A DNA stretch of 64,000 bases from Dipteris shenzhenensis (taxonomy: Eukaryota): the NCBI GenBank assembly GCA_047967505.1, contig CM106538.1; one strand, 5' to 3'. Shown here one piece after another: positions 11,081 through 23,838 of this stretch (positions are counted from its first letter, which is position 1; the number at the start of each line of letters is the position of its first letter). The notes beneath the pieces are model-generated. The model did not search any database. It was not told the DNA's origin and saw nothing but the letters and a program-made list of their open reading frames with translations. The position numbers were made by a program, and so were the translations under genes.

Positions 11081-12860
11081 ACGAGTAATTGCACATGGTC
11101 ATAGAGATAAGTTAATGTGTCTAGTTTGTTCCTTGAAAGGGAGGTTCGGTTTTTTATTTGTAATGGTAAATGTAATGTAGAGTGAATGGGACATCCATTT
11201 ATGTTGTAAGCCTCTTTTCCTATGTAAGCTAACACTAGGATGTGTGGTAGCTCAAAATTCATGTGTGGAAGTATTTGATTCTTAAAACGTAGCAAACCTT
11301 GAACTATGAGTAGGAGTAGGAATGTTTTGCCTATACTTGCCGTACATGTTAGGAACAAGTGTACTTTTTTTGATGGTTGAATTCGTTTTTGTATCATGAT
11401 GTCATCAAATAGTTGTCTTTGTTTTATGTTTAGTGATCCAATTTTATTGAGGAATTCTTTGTTTTGCATGAGGACTTGTTTTTTAATGGAATAGTGAATT
11501 TGTCATTTGTTATTTGTTTATGTATTTTCTTCATGTCCAATGTGATATCGTAATTTGGGAAGTCATTTTCTTGTAGGCCATGGTTGTCAATTAATTTGTC
11601 TACAGTCCTTGATGTTCCATGTATTCATTGTCATGTTTTGCTATTGTTTTTTCATTATTGTAATTTGTTGTGTATAAGGCTCTATTTCTTATGATAGTTT
11701 CACTTCAGTGATTGTAAGCTTCTTGCCAAGTTCCGTGTATTAGTAGTTCATGGTTCTTGTCTGCTTATAGGGGTAGTATAGTAATAACTGCTCACGATAA
11801 TAATTATTTGAGTCCCTTGCCAACCTAAAGTTTGTGAGCTTGATGATTCTTTGCCTTTTTTATTTTTCTAATTGTTCCATCATTATAGTTATATTCTACT
11901 ATGAATGCCGCAAGGCAATGTCCTCCACGTTTTTCCTTGTTATGTATTTATCTATAATAGAGTTGCATGGTATGTTTGTTGATTCAACATGAAGATGTTG
12001 CCGTTGTTATTTCCTTTTAAGAGTGAGTGCTTAGTTTTCTGGTTTGTTTGTGTTTATGAAGTAGAACTCTCTTGTTGTTCTATGTAGTGGAAAAGATAGA
12101 GTATTACACTCTTTTGTTGTGCATCTGAAATTCCATTTCCCATTTTTTGTAGGCTCTTGTGTGCAGTATAGTTATTTTGTATGCATGTTTTAATTGTTTA
12201 TTGAAGGTTTTTTGTGATTGTTTTGGCAATGTATCAGGTGTAGTATGTTGTTGCCGAGTATAGATACATTATGAATTTTATGTCCATGTTTGATTGCCAT
12301 AAGAAGCTCATCTTTTTATTGAAAGCATTTGTGAAATTGTCTCTTGGCTTTGTTTTTAGGAAAAGAGTTAATTTTGTTATTTGTGACCTTATTGATAATA
12401 AATTTATGATTTATCCATTTGACAAATGTCATATTTATTTCAAGATCAATGCAGATTGTGTATGCATCGATGTTAAAAAATATTTATTTGTAGTGGTGTT
12501 TCTTTCACTATCTTGTAGTGGTGTTATTATCATGGTTTCAAGTAGTGGATGTTTAAGGGAATGGAACCTGTAGAGTTTGTTGTTGCTTTTACTACCAGTC
12601 GATGTGTGCTTGTGTGTTTGAATGTCCTTAATATTTTTAGGCAATAATTTCTTATAGCATGTTAAGTACTTGTCCACAAAAGATGTTATTTCATTATCTT
12701 TATTTACAGCATACGTAGGTGTTTTTTGTATCGAGATGATGCCATGTTCATGTTGGCTTCCTCTATTTTGAAACTCTGTCATGAAGAAGTAATCAAGTAT
12801 GTTTCTAAGCAATTGTTCATCCTTTATTATTAGAGCAAGGAACTTTTGGAACTTGTGAAC
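11080..12860 (-). mobile_element. Helentron/Helitron2-type Rep-helicase fragment (degenerate)
   Basis: Rep HUH motif YFFMTEFQNRGSQHEHG (~12742-12790); NAFNKKMSFLWQSNMDI; NYYREQLLLYYPY; PIF1 Walker-A-like LFLTCTASIGKT and AYNINGCPIHSTL. Confidence 0.85.
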
Positions 12861-12862
12861 AT

Positions 12863-13057
12863 TGTTGAGAATGGTGTAAATTGCACCATAGGGTTATGGG
12901 ACAAACCCTAACCCTAAGGGGTCCATGTATATATTCTCAATTTCTTTAGAGTACAACTTAGTGTACATTTAGTCTATCTTGTGAACTCTCTCTCTCTCTG
13001 TGTCTCTGTCTCTCTCTCTCTCTCTCTCCCTCACATGTAGTATCATGGTATTAGAGC
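12863..13057 (+). repeat. Short LTR plus degenerate tRNA-Met PBS, interrupting the Helitron Rep
   Basis: TGTTGAG start, TGGTATTAGAGC at 13046-13057; CCCTAA repeats and (CT)n inside. Confidence 0.65.
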
Positions 13058-14166
13058 TGAGGTTCATTGTGAGAGATTTCTCGTTGTTGGTGAGTGAAAG
13101 CCCTTGCATCTTGTCAAGGCAATAATCCCTCCATTGTTGCGGCATTCCCCATCTTGGTGTTCTTGAGAGCTTGAGAGTTTGAGAGAGCTTTTGAGAGCTC
13201 TTCTTCTAGATTGAGTTCTTCATTTTGTGTGAAATCTTTGTGAGAGAGAGTTTTTTATTCATTCATGTAGGACTTCGGTTCTTTTCTTTGTGAATATAGT
13301 GAGAGTAGTCTATTATTGGCGATAGTCTTTTTGCCTATGAACTTTTTATAAGGTTGTCCCGCTGGTCTTCGAGTTCAGCATCAAGACAGACTACCGATAG
13401 CTTCAACACAGTGCCAGCATACTCAACGACCAAAATTGCAAACTCTACATGCAATTGACAAGATGCATAAGTTCCAACAGTGCACACAAGGAGCATTCAA
13501 GCAAAGAAAGCAAGCAGAGGCCCTAACAAATCTACATGCAAGTGACTATCCTCTATAGCAAAAGCAAGTCAACAAGCTTCAAGCCACGAGCGCAACATAG
13601 CAACCCAACGTCCACATTTCTTGCATCTTCTCAAGAGGTCTATTGCACCATCACATCCTTCAGCATGCTATGTGAGTACAAGGAGCAACAAACTGACTAG
13701 ACACAACTTTCAATGCCTTGTGCAACGAACAACCCCTCCATGACTCCTAAGCAACACAAGTCAGTAGCATATGCTCCAATGACCTCTACCATCGTTGCAA
13801 TACCTAGTTGTTCAATGCAATGGCACCCCTGGTGAATGACCAATGACCTCTACCGCGAGGCCATAGCCATTTTATTCATATGGCAATTAGTTGAAAATCC
13901 CACAGCACCTTACGATGACTGTTGGTGGGAAGTAGGATTTATAAGGGATACCTTGTCCCTCTTTGTAAGTTGTTGACTCCAAACTTTTAAAATACAGGTG
14001 ACTTTGCTTAGTTAGACCTGGTGGTTGAGTCGTAGTACTTCGTAGGAACCTTTGAGCACTGTATCCCTCATTTCTGTGTTATGGCTTCCAATCTTGTCTT
14101 TGTGTTTGACTATGTTTCTTTTAGTACTTTATCACTTGCCACGACTGACCATTCCAACAATGTAGA

Positions 14167-14394
14167 TGTTGAGAGTTCACGCTCAACATCATGTGATCAT
14201 ATGTGCATAGCACCATCATGTGATCATATGTGCATAGCACTAACCCAATAGAGTGCTATAAAGGAAAGGGTTAGATGCCCTAACCCTAACCCTAAATGGG
14301 TTTGTATATATTCAACATTTTCAACTAAATCTAGTGTACAGTTAGTCATCTGTGGTGTGCTCTCTAGCTGTGCCCTCTCTCCTCATTATTAACA
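14167..14394 (+). repeat. LTR-like sequence related to 12863-13045
   Basis: TGTTGAG...TTAACA; shared ACCCTAACCCTAA..TATATATTC..TAGTGTACA core; internal 27-bp tandem duplication 14187-14240. Confidence 0.55.
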
Positions 14395-14999
14395 TCCACA
14401 GAGTACAACCACTAAATGCAGGATAATCAATGAGTAAAGGTGACCAAGCCAAATGATCTACTTCTTCAGACAAGCTCAAGGGAGTTTGATACCCAAATAC
14501 ACCAAGGTCAATGATTACAAACAATGTGCACACAGAAGGAGTATAGCTCAAACTCAGGAGTTTGATCCCCAAATATGCAAAGCCCGCCGCTCCAAAGTCC
14601 AAAGATCCAAAGATTCTAGGCAACGTGCACAGGCTGTATGTTCCAGCTACCCCTGCCCGGAACAAGGAGGTGTAGGAACAAGGAGATGCACACTTCTAGG
14701 CCACCATGAAGAGTGCATGCGCCTTGTACTATTCAGCTCCACATCCATAAGAAATAGCGATGCCAATAAAAATAGCCATGAAAGGAGTATAGCTCAAACT
14801 CAGGGAGGTTGTTCCCCAAATATCATCCCGAGACAAGGTTACCATTGAGTGTCTCGACAAAGATGAGCCCGCTACTCCAGGTTTGAGTCTCATGCATCAT
14901 GCATGACCACAAACAGGTGAAGGTGTGAGGGCGCTCAGGGAGTTTGAGCCCCAAATCACCCAAGCCTAGGAGTGGTGAGGCTAACTCAAGCGCTATTTG

Positions 15000-17461
15000 G
15001 GAACCAGTTAGGACCACCTCCTAATATCAAGTTTGTCCTAAGCGCTTTAATATGGTTAACACAAGTGCTATTTCCGCTAGTAGGGAGAGTTGGTAAGAAT
15101 AGCAATATGCCTTGGTGTCCTACAAGCCCAAGAGCCCATGGTTGTAAAGTGAGGGAGAGTGCTAAAAAGGAAAAGGGTTGGCCCTCCCTTCAAAAGGTGA
15201 CATATAAAAGGCCAAATGTTTGACTTTGGTCTTCATTGTTGTTTGCACAAGTTTGAATACAAGCTCCCTCTTCTCTTCCAAGAGAGTTTTTTGGGTGTTC
15301 TCTTGTTTCCATTGTAGTGCCTTTGTGGTTGTCACTCTATCCCCCTTCACTCCCTTCTCTTCTTCCCTTCCTCCTCCTCCCTTCTCCCTCCTCTTCCTCT
15401 TCCCTCCCCTCTTCCCCTTCCCTCTTCCTCACGTGAAACCACATCGCAACAATCTGGAGGCCGCTTGAGTGACACTTGCAGATGGCTCGTGCTATGCATT
15501 GCTCCCACAAGGAGTAGCCAGGAGTGGAAGCTCCATCGGCATATCTTCAACTCCCCCACGACATGTGAGTCACTGTTGAGCCCATCACATTTTTGGCACC
15601 GCTACTGGGGAGAAAAGGTATGCTTTTGCATTTGCACTTGTCTCCCTTAATTATATTCCCATTGCACAAGTTTTCAAGCTTACCTTGGAGCTTGTTAGTG
15701 GAGTTGTAGGAAGAGATGAGAGGTGGAAAGAGAGAGAGAGAGAGGATGAAAATCTGTTTTTTCATGTAGGAATGCCATTTGTGAGCTTGGGAAGCTTGTT
15801 TTGGATGTTTTTTGGTGTTTCAAGTTGATAGGAACTTAGTAGGCTTGATTGCTAAGGTGTGTGTGTGGTCTAATCACCTCAAAAAATGACAAAACTAAGG
15901 ATTTTTGTCAAGTTTTGAAGTAGCTCCGTGTTCTAGAACTTCCCTTTTTTGAGTTTTTGCATTTTTACTTTCAAAAAGTGTTTGTTTTCTAGTTTTTTTT
16001 CATGGAGTAGGTAGAATAGGCAGTGTAGCACCCCCCCATCACAAAAAATCAGGAACAAAAACTGCAAAATCCTCAGAAATCACCAAATCTCAGTTGGCAA
16101 AACTGTGTGTGACTATCCCGCCGAATCGACGCCATAGCGTATCGCACCGAGCAATTTCCTCGCCGATTGACGTATTACCAGATCCTACTAGTCAACTTGC
16201 GTTGACCTGGTGTCGTAACGCTTACCCATCGACCTAACCTCTTACTACGATTTACCCCGCCGCCTAGAGTTAATGCGTGTCAGAGTTACTTCTGCACCGA
16301 TCTGACAAGTCGTTGACCGGTGCTGTAGTGGTTCCCCATCGACCGTTGCTATTTTACTATCCCACCGTTGGTGCGATGAACCCACCCCTTTGTCCGTAGT
16401 CATAATCGTTCCCATCCCTTGTGGTGCTACTCCATCACACCATCCGTCGCTATGCAATCTCACCGTCTAGTGTTGTTCACTTACCCCGTCGTCATTGCTA
16501 TACTATCCAGCTGAGTCCTTATCCGGTCGACTGGTGTCATACCATATCCCTACGCTCATGGGGATATCCCTTCTGACCGATCGCACCGACCACGTGGCAA
16601 TTAATTTCCCATCCATTGTCGCGATACATCCATCACACCGACTAGTGCTATTTCCTTATTTTGTCGATCATCGCTGTAAGGTTACGTCACTTCCTACCAC
16701 TAAAACCATACTACATCGCTCGTTGCTATACTCGTAGCCCACCAACCGGTGCTATAGAGTTATCTCGCCGACCGATTCGATACCTCTAGAGTAGATAAGG
16801 AATTAACATAAAATTCCAGAACCTTAGTTCAGCTTGGGTGTCCCCAACTAGAGGCATCCCACATGCACTTGAGGTCCATAAGGATTTGCCAAAGGTTCCA
16901 ATGCTAGAAGAAAGCGCTTCAAGCTATGCTCAGCCCACCCTCTGTCCTAGTTGGGGGTTCCGAAGCTCGATTCCGAGCTCCACTCGTTCTTCGTAGGACC
17001 CTATCCAGAAACTCCATCTAGTTCAGACGAAACAGAGAGTCTTGAAGGAGTGATGCAAGACCCTAACGGGTCCAAGGGCATCGGAAGCCCCCTTCATGAG
17101 TGTAGCCTCTCCCAAGTCTCCTGCACCTTCGGTTGCATCCAGGCTTAGAGGTACGTTCTCTAACATGTTCGGCCGCTTAGGAAGAACAGAGTCAACAGAC
17201 ATGGAGTACCCCTTTATTGCTAGCATGTCCACAAGAAGGGAAAGCCAGCAACATACAATTCCCAAGCCACAGGCTAGGACAGAAACTACTTTCACCGATC
17301 TAGGTTCCTCCGCTTATGCTAGACCCCCCCAGTGGGAGAACATGGACGGGGAAGATCCATGGATGAGGGAACTCTGCCGACAGGGCTCGAGTCTAGGGAG
17401 TACCACGAACTTAAAAGGTGGAATGCCTTATGACCCTCTAATAGCCCCGGCCCCACCAGCC
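15000..17461 (+). mobile_element. Athila-like Gypsy 5' part: LTR (ends ~15588), PBS, leader, possible gag start
   Basis: PBS-like TGGCACCGCTACTGGGGA ~15594-15611 (cf. tRNA-Asp TGGCGCCGTTGCCGGGGA); LTR segment ~15170-15232 matches reverse complement of ~41640-41700. Confidence 0.55.
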
Positions 17462-18779
17462 TGTTGAGATAAGTGTGATCAAGGGCTTGCTCTATGGTGC
17501 ATGTGTGCATCTAGGGGAGTCACATGTGTGTGTGTGTGTGTGTGTGTGTGTTGTAGAGGCACATCAAGTGCTATGATGTGTCTAGTGTGTGACCTAAGTG
17601 ATGATGTAAGCCAAAGGCCCCCACATGGGAGGTTCCTTTGATTTAGGCCAGTCCCACTAATGTAGGGGCTAACTGCCACTGATATAGGGGAGGTGCCTAC
17701 ACCTCCTCTCTTTCTATAAAATGGAGGTCATTCCTTCATTCTAATAACAATGGATTTTGCCTCACTCGTGCTCTCACTCTTTGTGCCATGATGCATCTCT
17801 TCTACCCCACACTCCTCTACATTTGGTATCAAAGCCTCCTTGAGTCCCTATCCCATTGTAGCTTCAATATGCTAACTATCATCTTCTTCTCCACCCTCCA
17901 TCTACTTCTTCATTTCTGCCCTCTTTCTCTCCAAATTTTGCTTAGCTCCATTCTTCTCCATTAAGCGACCATTCCTAGAGCCCTCTGAGCTGAAGTTTCC
18001 TCTACTTAGGGCACACCTTTGACACCAAGTAATTAGGAAGAGATGCCCTCTATAGCCCGTGCTAACATGATCTCTGCTTGATGAACTTTCAAGCAATTCT
18101 GCCTATTGATGCAATATTTTGCCAATTCCTCTTAGCCAAGGGTGGGAAACATTATGAGCTTCCTGGTCATGAATTTTGAGCTCAAATGCTTGTGGGAATA
18201 AGGAGAAACAAGCAAAAGACCAGTCGGGGAAGGCACTATTGTCATGAGCAATGTTGCGCATTTTTTTGACAATCCTCTCTACTAGAAGTAGTCCTCTTAG
18301 TAAGAGCCTCCATTTGCCTTTGAAAGCCCTCTCAAAGCTTTTCTCTTCAGCTTCAATTGCACCCTCCAATTTCAGACTACTCAATTTGGGGGTAACAGTG
18401 ATATCTACTTCTACTATGAACCATTGAACATGGTTAAGTGCTAGAAAGTTTCATTATTATGTGAGTAATCTTTGGGCTTTTGGATGCTTTCTCATTTGAA
18501 GTGATCTAAAGCATTTTCCAGCTTCACCTTTGGAGCACTGTCTTGAATTTTTTATAGTTTTTTGAAAATTTGATTTTGAAAATTTGATGCTAGAGTAAAT
18601 GCTATGTTGATGCTTGAGGTTTGAAGTAGTGCCAAAGTTCAGTTCAGAGAATGTATTTTCAGTTTGAAATTCAGTTAGAACTGATCTTGTGTCAAAATGC
18701 CAAGCTCTGAGGGATCTTTAAATGATAAACACTTGAAGAAGACTACAAGAAGGACAAAATTCAAAGTGAAGAAGACCCT
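17462..18779 (+). mobile_element. LTR (17462-17821), tRNA-Met PBS and leader of a Copia-like element, truncated
   Basis: TGTTGAGA...CTACA then TTTGGTATCAAAGCC; leader shares short motifs with the Gag-only element at 33892. Confidence 0.7.
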
Positions 18780-20850
18780 GTTACACCTGGAGTAAGGAAG
18801 ACCAGGGATGTTTTGAGAGCACCTGGAAGTGAGCCTATTTTGCGCAGGTCTACCAGAGCTAGGTATCCTGTGGATAGGCTGAAATATGATGGATTTATAG
18901 CCATTCACTTTGCCTATATGGTCAAAGTGATACAGGAACTAGAACCCATTTCTTTTGAGCAAGCCATGGGAAAAGAAAAATGGGAGAAAGCCATGGATGA
19001 AGAAATGAATGCCTTGGATGCAAATGCAACATGGGAATTGGTGCCTTTGCCTAAAGACAAGAATGCAATTGGCTGTAAATGGGTTTATAAGGTGAAGCAC
19101 AATGCAGATGGTTCTGTGAACAGATACAAGGCAAGATTAGTTGTCAAGGGGTATGCACAGACATATGGCATTGATTATGAAGAAACATTTAGTCCAGTTG
19201 CAAGGATGGCGACTGTAAGAGCAGTCATTGCTATGGCTGCATCAAAAGGATGGTCTTTACATCAGATGGATGTAAAGAATGCCTTCTTGCATGGTGATTT
19301 GCAAGAAGAGGTCTATATGGAGCAGCCACCAGGTTATGTGCATGTTGTTCATCCTGAGTTTGTTTGCAGGTTGAAGAAAGCCTTGTATGGCTTGAAGCAA
19401 GCACCTAGAGCATGGTTTGACAAGATAGGACAGTATCTTGTTACTATTGGCTTTCAGATTTCCAAGGCAGATTTCTCACTCTATGTGAGAAAAACAGAGA
19501 AAGGTATTATGCTGCTTGTCATTTATGTTGATGATTTGATCATCACAGGTGATAGTGATGAAGACATCCTTCATGTGAAAATGCTATTGAAGCAGAAGTT
19601 TGAGATGAAGGATTTGGGAGAGCTGCGTTATTTCTTGGGCATTGAGGTGATTAGATCACCAAGTGGGATACAGCTCTTGCAGAGGCAGTATGGACTGGAC
19701 ATGCTGTCCAAATATGGGATGACAGACTGTAAGCCTATTTCAGTTCCTTGGAGCAGAATATGAAGCTGAGCGCAAATGCAGGTGAGCTTCTGGAAGACCC
19801 TACTATGTACAGACGCATAGTAGGAAGTTTGATTTACATGACTATTACCAGGCCAGATTTGAGCTATGCTGTTGGGTTGGTAAGTCAGTTTATGCGGGCT
19901 CCAAGGAAACCGCATTTGGATGCGGCTAGATGCATACTCAGGTATGTGAAGTCCACATTGCAGTATGGACTATTTTATGAGGCTGGGGTTCAGATACAGT
20001 TGCATGGATACACTGATGCTGATTGGGCTGGTAGTATTTCTGATAGACGATCTACCAGTGGATATGTGTTCTCTTTTGGGAGTGCTGCAGTCACTTGGAG
20101 CAGCAAGAAACAGCCTACAGTTGCCTTGTCGAGTTGCCTTGTCGAGCACAGAGGCTGAGTACAGGGATGCAGCAATGGCTGCATGTGAGGTAGCTTGGTT
20201 GCATAAGCTACTTTATGATATGCATCAGTCTACTGATGGGCCAGTTGTCATTTATTGTGACAACATGAGCAGTATACACTTGGTAAATAACCTAGTCTAT
20301 CATGCTAGAACAAAGCACATTGAGGTGCATTATCACTATGTGCGGGAGAAGGTTTTACTAGGTCTTATTGATCTAGTTTATGTCAGCACAGAGGATCAGG
20401 TAGCTGACATATTCACGAAGGCATTGGGCGCAGAGAAGCTACGCAAGTTCAGAGACCTGCTTGGTGTGCAGGAATTGGGATTGAGCTCGAGGGGGAGTGT
20501 TGAGATATCGAGCTCCACTCGCGATATGCCAGGGTGACCATTGTGCATTTATGTCACTGACTTGTTAGCTACAGATGCGGTTGGTACACCGCCCACGAAT
20601 AATAGCTGGATGACAGCTATCCTTATCTACACTAGTTCGTGGCTCAATTAGTATGCCACCTTAGTTAGTTGAGTTTGGTTTGAGACCCACATATAGGGTT
20701 CTTCTATTTCTTTGTACTAGAGTTCTTTTTGGCTTACACAACTAAGAAGAGGAAAACTATTTTCAGCCTCCACCTTTGTGTGTATTCCCCCATTGTGCAT
20801 GTGAGAAAGCCGCAAGTGAGACTCCTTCCCTCTCTCCCACTATCTTCACA
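18780..20850 (+). mobile_element. 3' half of Ty1/Copia (RT, RNase H, PPT, 3' LTR 20498-20850); same family as 23839-29433
   Basis: [50 protein letters not shown] matches the downstream element. Confidence 0.95.
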
Positions 20851-21560
20851 GGAAGGAGACTTGGCACTCTTGTACAGTGTCCGCAAGACCAAACGTAAGC
20901 TTAAGTATCGAGGAATGGGTCCTTACCATGTAGTTGAGATTACCCTGCAAGGGGCGTACCGAATAGCCACCCTTAATGGAACATAAATGGATGGCTACCT
21001 AAACGGAAGTAAATTGAAAAGATACTACGGACCACTCACTATCTCCACCCTTCAAGCCATGCATAGAGAAAAAGAACTCAAGGCGAAGGTGGCTAGGATG
21101 AAGCGCCAGGCCATCGAGGAAGAATGATTTCGTAATGCTAAGATCTGGCAACATAGACAAATGACCCTGCTTAAGGCAATGACTGAACAGATGCAACTAA
21201 TGGCTGAGCTAACAATAGAGCCAGCTAGGTTGCTTGTCTAGCTACACATACCACGCATGCGCATCAAAGCACTCATGGACCCAAGAGCGAGCCATAATTT
21301 CATCTCCTGAGAGGTATGGGAAAAGATATAGATACCCCTAACCCTCATTATTGCCTCAATAAGAGCTATAAATGACTAACTTCTACAAACCTTGGGTTAT
21401 GTAAATCTAAGTCTAATGGTTGTTTGCCAAGCTATGGATATACACTTTTATGTTCTCCCTATAGAAGCCATTGAAGAGTAGATTATCCTAGGAAGAACTT
21501 GGTGCTATGCTGTCAACTACCAAATTGACTTGTGTGCCTGAACTTCTTCGCTCATTGATG
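20851..21560 (+). mobile_element. Degenerate Gypsy integrase tail followed in the same frame by a retropepsin-like domain
   Basis: EGDLALLY..GMGPY..NGSKLKRYYGP then IKALMDPRASHNFIS...IILGRTW (several stops). Confidence 0.7.
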
Positions 21561-21949
21561 ACAATGAAGCGACTCAACAAAACCAACTGGAAGCCCTAGC
21601 CTCCATTAGCACACCACGCAAGGGCTCAGCTCGAAAGGAGAACAAGGCTTGCCACAGTGATAAACCAATGCCATTGCATGCTCAACCAACGCTACCAACC
21701 TCCGCCCAAGAAATCTGAGAGCTACAAGTACAACATGTTATCCTCTGCACCTAACGTCACTTCGGTTGGAACCGATGTCCAAAAAACGGTAACGTAGTAA
21801 TAGTAGCTCCGAGCGGTCACCTCAAGATGCTCCCCCGCGCACAGTCACTACCTAGAGAAAGCCACACCCAATGCTCCCGCCTCATCCACCACCATGCCTC
21901 TTGCATCCAAGGTAAGGAACAAGCTGGACGCATGCTCTACATGGCTCCT

Positions 21950-22800
21950 CACTCACTATTGCCCCCCTCCACCATTAATTTTTGTCGTCCATCCCCTCCA
22001 CCTCCCACTCACCACCATCTCCACCACCACTTGGCTTTTTTTGTCAAGCTCCCCACCTCCATCTTCACCTCCCATCATCTACGTCCCCACCACCTTCACT
22101 TTTTCCATCCGTCCCCTCCCTCCACCCTCACTTTCGGTCATCCATCCCCTCCACCACCACTTTTTTGTCAAAACTCGCCCACCCTCCATCTCCATTACCT
22201 CCATCTCTACCACTCAAGGTAATCCCCCTACCTCTCTCCACCCCACCACCCCCTTTCTCTCTCTACACCCTTGTCCTTGCTCCACCTCCACCTCCACCAT
22301 CCCCTTACCTTACTCCACCTCCACCACCCCCTACCTCTCTCCACCCCACCACCTCCTTTCTCTCTCTACACCCTCACCCCTTCCTCTCTCTATACCTCCA
22401 CCAGCCCTCTACCTCTCTCCACCCCACCACCTCTTCCTCTCTCTTCACCCTCTTCCTTGCTCCACCTCCACCATCCTACTACACCACACCATCTTCTTCC
22501 TCTCTCTATACCACCACCATCCCCCTATACCTCTCCACCCCACCATGCCCTTCCTCTCTCGACACCCTCTTATTCCATCTCCACTACCCCTCTTCCACCT
22601 GCCCCCCTTTTCCTCTCTCCTCTCCCCTCATCCATTGTCTTCCCCCCTCGCATGTCACCTCTCTCTATGCTCTACTCTCTCTCTCTATACCCCCTCTCTA
22701 ACCTCTCTTTACCCTCCCCCCTCTTTCTAACTTATCTCCCCCTCACCCTCTTTATAACTCCTCTCTCCTCCCTCTATCGTCCCCTTTAGTCCACTCCCTC
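21950..22800. repeat. C/T-rich low-complexity tract
   Basis: Almost no G on the plus strand; recurring CTCCACC/CTCTCT units. Confidence 0.9.
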
Positions 22801-23245
22801 AGGCATAGCACGTCGACTACTATCGAGCGTTGAATGCCTCAAGTGCATTGGGCATCACGGGCACTTTGAGCATCGTGTGCATGAGTGGTTGCTTTTGACT
22901 AATGCACAATGGTTGTCAGCGCCTAGTGCATCGTGGGTGTCAACATGTATGCCAGTGGGCTTCGCAAGCATCACTACACTGTTGCTGTGGGCTGCCTGCA
23001 GGCACTGCACATCGCCTATCGCCATCACATACTCCAAATACTGACGTAATTGCCACTGCCACTGAACGCCATCACTAGCGTCACTAATTTTTGTAGGTCA
23101 TTGTTGCTAACAAGTCATGTATGCCATCGAGAACAATCTGGTCGCCCATGCTCTGACCTCAATTTCTATCCACCCTACTCTATGTGCCCACCTGGTGCCA
23201 ACACCTGCTTTTACCCCTACGACCATTGACCGATACAAGTTGCAG

Positions 23246-23279
<34 letters not shown>

Positions 23280-23316
23280 GGAAAGAGTGAGAGAGAAGAG
23301 GTGAGAGAGAGTGTGT

Positions 23317-23362
<46 letters not shown>

Positions 23363-23838
23363 AGAAAGAGAAGGAGAGTGTAGAGAGAGTTGAGATAGAA
23401 ACTAATCCTAGGTAGTTATAACTAACTACATTAGGTTAGATTAGGTTAATCAACTATTCAAAATAAAAATTTTTAAAATGGAGGCAACCCATAGGTTAGT
23501 CTAGTTAACTATAGCTAGGGACATAAGGTTAGGTTAGATTAACCAATCCTCCAACAACAACAACAACAACCAAAAAAAGGGGGGCCTTTAGCAAAAAATT
23601 GCCCATTTTTGCCCCTTCTTCAAGGGCTTGTATCTTGGCCATTTAGTGACCAAACCGCACCCTGTTTGAACCCAAATTTCACACACACAAAGATCTACAT
23701 AAAAATAAATTATTTGGATCTTTTGTCCATCATTTGGGGTCCTAGTAGTTGCCACCATGTAGGCATTGATTTTGGCTTGTTGATCACATATTTGTTGCCA
23801 TTCTTGGGCTATGAAGGAGGTTGAAATAAATTGCAGAC

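Noticed and set aside
21827-22789. Long Pro/Ser/His-rich ORFs resembling extensins
   Set aside because: All three frames are open because the G-poor composition avoids stops; no signal peptide or regular SPPPP/Tyr periodicity
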